Source: Kiritimatiellia bacterium (GTDB lineage Bacteria; Verrucomicrobiota; Kiritimatiellia; RFP12; UBA1067). Taken from it: 44,002 nucleotides of DNA. This document shows, in pieces, positions 40,713 through 44,002 of this stretch (positions are counted from its first letter, which is position 1; every line of letters starts with the position of its first letter). Under the pieces are notes generated by a model. The model searched no databases, was not told the DNA's origin, and worked only from the letters and a program-made list of their open reading frames with translations. Made by a program: the position numbers and the translations under genes. The DNA is taken from the NCBI GenBank assembly GCA_017613085.1, contig JAGAEL010000174.1:1-44002 (forward strand), written 5' to 3'.

Positions 40713-42524
40713 ATGAAGAAAATCCTGCTGGCCACGCCGCCTCTCGTCCAGCCCAATACGCCCTATCCCGCGACGACGACGCTTGCCGGGTATCTTTCCG
40801 CCAAAGAGGGGGTAGAGGTCGCGCAGGCCGATTTCTCGCTCGAACTCGCCCTGCGCGTTTTTTCGAAACCCGGCCTGGCCGCGCTCGCGGAGACGGCCCG
40901 CCGCCGGAAAACGAAAGGTCGCGCGATCCGTTTTTTCTTGGAGAACCTTCCCCGTTATCTCGACACGGTCGAACCGGCGATCGCGTTCCTGCAAGGGCGC
41001 GACGAAGCGGTTGGGTGGCTGATCGCCCGGCGCGGCTACCTTCCGGAGGGGCCGCGTTTCGCGGAGCTGGCGCCGGAGGGGACGGGGCTTGACGAGGAGG
41101 AGAACCTTTCCTCGCTTTTCGGCGACCTCGGTGTCGTGGACCGCGCCAAATATCTGGCCACGCTTTACCTCGACGACCTTTCCGACGCCATCCGCGAAGG
41201 CGTGGACGCCTCGTTCGGGTTCGCCCGCTACGCCGACCATCTCGCCGTTTCCGCGTCGCGTTTCGATCCGATCCTGGAGCGGCTGCGTGCGGAGCCGACG
41301 GTGATCGACACGATGATCGACGAACTTGCGGCGGTGCGCCTGTCGGCGGAACGGCCGGATTTCGTCGGGTTGACCGTCCCGTTCCCCGGCACGTTGTACG
41401 GTGCCCTGCGCATCGCCGCCGTCGCCCGCCGCCTCCTGCCCGGTGCGAAAATCCTGTTGGGTGGCGGCTATGTGAATTCCGAACTGCGGAACCTGGAGGA
41501 CGACCGCCTGTTCGCGCTCGTGGATTACCTGTGCTTCGACGAAGGGTTCGCCCCGCTCGACGGCATTCTCGGTTTCGGGCCGCCGGTGCGGACGCTGACG
41601 TGCGAAAACCTCGCCGACCGCGAGACGGTTCTGGCGCAACGGGGGGCGTCGCCGGGATTCGTCAAGCCGAGTTACGCGGGGTTGGATTTGACGCGCTATT
41701 TCAACGTGGTCGAAACGGCGAACCCGATGCACCGGATCTGGTCGGACGGGAAATGGCTCAAACTACAGCTGGCGAACGGATGCTACTGGCACCGCTGCGC
41801 GTTCTGCGACTTGGCGCTGGACTGCATCAGCCGTTACAACCCGCCGCCGGTCTCCGTCATCCTGCAGACGATGCGCGAACTCAAACGGGAGACGGGGCTG
41901 TCGGGGTTCCACTTCACCGACGAAGCGCTCTCGCCCGCCCTCGTCCGCGCCCTTTCCAAGGAGATTCTTGCTTCCGGGGAGACCTTCACCTGGTGGGGGA
42001 ACATCCGCTTTGAAAAAAATTACGACGACGAACTCTGCCGGTTGATGGCGGATGCCGGGTGTATCGCCGTCACCGGAGGGTTGGAATGTGCGCACGACCG
42101 CCTGTTGAAACTGATGAACAAGGGAATCACGCTGGCGGGCGCGGCATCCGCCATGCGTTCGTTTTCCAACGCGGGGATCCTCGTACACGCCTACCTCATG
42201 TACGGGTTCCCGACGGAGACCGATGAAGAAACCATCGAGGCGCTGGAATTCGTCCGGCAGCGGTTTGCGGAGGGAAGCCTCCAGTCCGCCTTCTGGCACC
42301 GGTTCGCACTGACGACGCACAGCGGAATCGTGCGCGACCCCGACCGTTTCTGCATCCAGGTGGGCGAGACGCGGGAAGACGGGAAACGTTTCGCGGAGAA
42401 CGAGCTTCCGTATACCTCCGGTATCCGCCAGTCCACGGAGAAACTGGGACGCGGCCTGCGCCTCGCCCTCTACAACTACATGATGGGGCTTGGCCTCGAC
42501 ATCCCTGTGCGCCGCTGGTTCTAA
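40713..42524 (+). CDS. B12-binding-domain radical SAM protein (603 aa)
   Basis: ATG at 40713 (MKKILLATPPLVQPNTPYPA, typical of the N-terminal B12-like Rossmann domain). The Cys cluster NGCYWHRCAFCD lies at 41781-41807. The radical SAM barrel follows (FHFTDEAL, GGLECAHDRLLKLMNKG). The track ORF start at 40581 overlaps the previous gene. Confidence 0.8.
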   Translation: MKKILLATPPLVQPNTPYPATTTLAGYLSAKEGVEVAQADFSLELALRVFSKPGLAALAETARRRKTKGRAIRFFLENLPRYLDTVEPAIAFLQGRDEAVGWLIARRGYLPEGPRFAELAPEGTGLDEEENLSSLFGDLGVVDRAKYLATLYLDDLSDAIREGVDASFGFARYADHLAVSASRFDPILERLRAEPTVIDTMIDELAAVRLSAERPDFVGLTVPFPGTLYGALRIAAVARRLLPGAKILLGGGYVNSELRNLEDDRLFALVDYLCFDEGFAPLDGILGFGPPVRTLTCENLADRETVLAQRGASPGFVKPSYAGLDLTRYFNVVETANPMHRIWSDGKWLKLQLANGCYWHRCAFCDLALDCISRYNPPPVSVILQTMRELKRETGLSGFHFTDEALSPALVRALSKEILASGETFTWWGNIRFEKNYDDELCRLMADAGCIAVTGGLECAHDRLLKLMNKGITLAGAASAMRSFSNAGILVHAYLMYGFPTETDEETIEALEFVRQRFAEGSLQSAFWHRFALTTHSGIVRDPDRFCIQVGETREDGKRFAENELPYTSGIRQSTEKLGRGLRLALYNYMMGLGLDIPVRRWF

Positions 42525-42614
42525 GGCTAGTGTTGTGACAAGTGGCGGCGCGTGATAAAACAGGACCCGTTCCGACAAGCAACGAATGTCATCGATAGCC
42601 ATCGACGGCATTCG

Positions 42615-42660
42615 ACACGCGCCCTCCCTTCTGCGGATGCGACAAAGTGCGTCCCTCCCT
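42615..42660. repeat. Extragenic repeat locus E (single reverse-orientation unit)
   Basis: CACGCGCCCTCCC is followed by CTGCGGATGCGACAAAGTGCGTCCCTCCC. The hairpin is GGATGCG-ACAAAG-TGCGTCC with two G-T pairs. It lies between convergent gene ends. Confidence 0.7.
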
Positions 42661-43665
42661 TCACCGTTTCGCGGCTGCGTGGAGGAAGGTTAGTTCGTGC
42701 TTGTTGTAGTTGAGGTGGATGACGCGGCTATCCGGGAGCGCGGCGAACCGGTCGATCAACCCCCAATCGACGCCGCCCTGGAGTTTGATCGTGCAGACCA
42801 TGTTCCGTACCAGTCCGCTCGCAATCCACCCTTCAATCCACGGCAATAGGCGTTCCGGATAACAGATCACGTCGCTGACCACCCAGTCGAACGGGCCGGT
42901 TTCTTCGGGACGCAGGGTAAAGGCGTCGTGCCGCTGGAAGGTTACGTGTTTGTCGTGCATCAAGCCGGGGGCTAATTCGCTCCGGTCGACGGCGAATACA
43001 TCCGCGCCCAGTCCGCGCAACACCCAGCTCCAGCCGCCTGGACACGCCCCCGCGTCGAAGCAACGCTGTCCCGCGTGCGGCAACTCCACCCCGAAGAAAT
43101 GCCGCGTCCACGTCAGCGCCTCCTGCAATTTCAAATAGGCGCGGCTCGGCGGGTTCGTGTGGTCTTCGATGAACGTGACCGCGCCGCCCGGCGCACAGTT
43201 CCCCGTCTCCGCCGAGGCCAACAGCGCGTTGCCGTCCAGCAGCGTGTAGAACCCCATCGGCGTGTGCGGGATTTCGTACGGGAACGCGCGCGGTTTGAAA
43301 TGAAGGAACGGCAGTTTCTCCTGCACCAGCTCCGTGCGGCGGAAGACGGTGAAACAGTACGGCGTCCAGTTCCGCGCCTTTGCCATCAACCCCTTCGCGG
43401 CTTCGCCGATGGAACCGAACCGCATCAGGAACGGATGCGGCAGCGTGGTCTTGGCCCAGTACGGGTACGTCTCCCCCGCGAAGTCGGGGAGATAGAGAAG
43501 GTCGCCCAGCCACTGTGCGCGGTTCGGGACGAACGGCGCGGGCGTTTCCGGCGGGGCGGGTGTCTCGATCCCGAAGCGTTCCGCCAGTTCGGCGCCCAGA
43601 TAGTGCGCCTGTCCGGGAAAGGCGAGAAACGCCGCGCCCGGCAGGGATTCCTCCTTGATCGCCAT
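42661..43665 (-). CDS. rlmM: 23S rRNA (cytidine-2'-O)-methyltransferase RlmM-like (FtsJ fold with N-terminal THUMP-like domain)
   Basis: PSRAYLKLQEAL followed by FDAGACPGGWSWVL (SAM motif I) and DWVVSDV. The ATG at 43665 overlaps the upstream stop by one base (TGATG). The track start TTG at 43680 is less likely. Confidence 0.8.
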   Translation of the reverse strand: MAIKEESLPGAAFLAFPGQAHYLGAELAERFGIETPAPPETPAPFVPNRAQWLGDLLYLPDFAGETYPYWAKTTLPHPFLMRFGSIGEAAKGLMAKARNWTPYCFTVFRRTELVQEKLPFLHFKPRAFPYEIPHTPMGFYTLLDGNALLASAETGNCAPGGAVTFIEDHTNPPSRAYLKLQEALTWTRHFFGVELPHAGQRCFDAGACPGGWSWVLRGLGADVFAVDRSELAPGLMHDKHVTFQRHDAFTLRPEETGPFDWVVSDVICYPERLLPWIEGWIASGLVRNMVCTIKLQGGVDWGLIDRFAALPDSRVIHLNYNKHELTFLHAAAKR

Positions 43666-44002
43666 CAGCTCACCAGCCAATCCCGGAAGTCTTCGCGCGG
43701 GCGGGGAACGAGGCTTCGCGTCGCAGGGGCTTCGTCGGAGACGATCCGGAGGGAAACCTCCGCCACGCGGTCGTGGTCGCTGTACGCGGCGCAGAGCGCG
43801 AGGGCGGTTTCAAGGTCGTCCCCCTTCGGCCCGCAGGGTAGCAGGAGGGAGGGCCCCGGAACGTTCTCCGTGTGGATCAATACGTCGCCGGGGCGGCGCA
43901 TTTCCTCCAGCGCGGCATTGTCGCGCGCGTCGCGTCCCACGACGGCGCGCGTCCCGCCGGGAAGCCGGAAATGGCGGCCGCGTGTCAGCAGCTTGACGCA
44001 GA
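43665..44002 (-). CDS. 3' part of a gene entering from the right edge; C-terminal NFACT-R/DUF814-like domain
   Basis: The frame is open from the window edge: ...CVKLLTRGRHFRLPGGTRAVVGRDARDNAALEEMRRPGDVLIHTENVPGPSLLL...AAYSDH...VSL. This fits the DUF814 pattern (G..i.VGrn..eNd.l......D.w.H....pGshvvl...aA.lAAyySk). The 'M' at 43940 in the track is an internal GTG. Confidence 0.5.
   Translation of the reverse strand, partial: CVKLLTRGRHFRLPGGTRAVVGRDARDNAALEEMRRPGDVLIHTENVPGPSLLLPCGPKGDDLETALALCAAYSDHDRVAEVSLRIVSDEAPATRSLVPRPREDFRDWLVS

Overview
This is a 44-kb chromosomal segment, about 60-65% GC by eye, with three clearly lower-GC stretches: 3017-9171, 12074-13000 and 34440-36200. The gene content suggests an anaerobic PVC-type bacterium, but the taxon is inference only. 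Supporting content includes a PEP-CTERM tail, a giant LamG/autotransporter-repeat protein, ExbB-ExbD-ExbD with a prenyltransferase-like partner, superoxide reductase, fused AhbA/B siroheme decarboxylase and a B12-type radical SAM enzyme.

I can support about 40 CDS. Housekeeping genes are a histidine kinase plus sigma54 response regulator, mnmG, adenine deaminase, pdxB, def, rnd, rlmM and SAM methyltransferases. There is also a surface-protein block (12074-19553), an atypical Ton-like operon (19664-27071) and a low-GC restriction-modification-like gene pair (34477-36202). I found no rRNA, tRNA, CRISPR array, transposase, integrase or reverse transcriptase.

The main non-coding observations are:
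- Two perfect parS-type palindromes (TGTTCCACGTGGAACA) lie 69 bp apart, in frame, inside a lineage-specific insertion of mnmG. Just upstream is a 630-bp AT-rich gap carrying DnaA-box-like TGTnGATAA motifs, so the window is probably origin-proximal.
- A modular GC-rich extragenic repeat family occurs at five loci and contains hairpins whose stems covary.
- Four sigma70-like promoters carry G-tracts in their spacers. Two of them share a palindrome over the -10 element.
- In-frame repeats include a 24-bp x5 tandem repeat in an AlbA_2-type regulator and a 181-bp duplication in a secreted protein.

The best candidates for an uncharacterised system are the R-M-like island, whose nuclease partner I cannot place in a family, and the TonB-less ExbBD operon with a giant TPR protein and an alpha/alpha-toroid partner. 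Neither function can be proven from sequence alone. Many very long antisense ORFs in the track (1185, 1097, 622 and 577 aa) are GC-rich shadow ORFs and were rejected.
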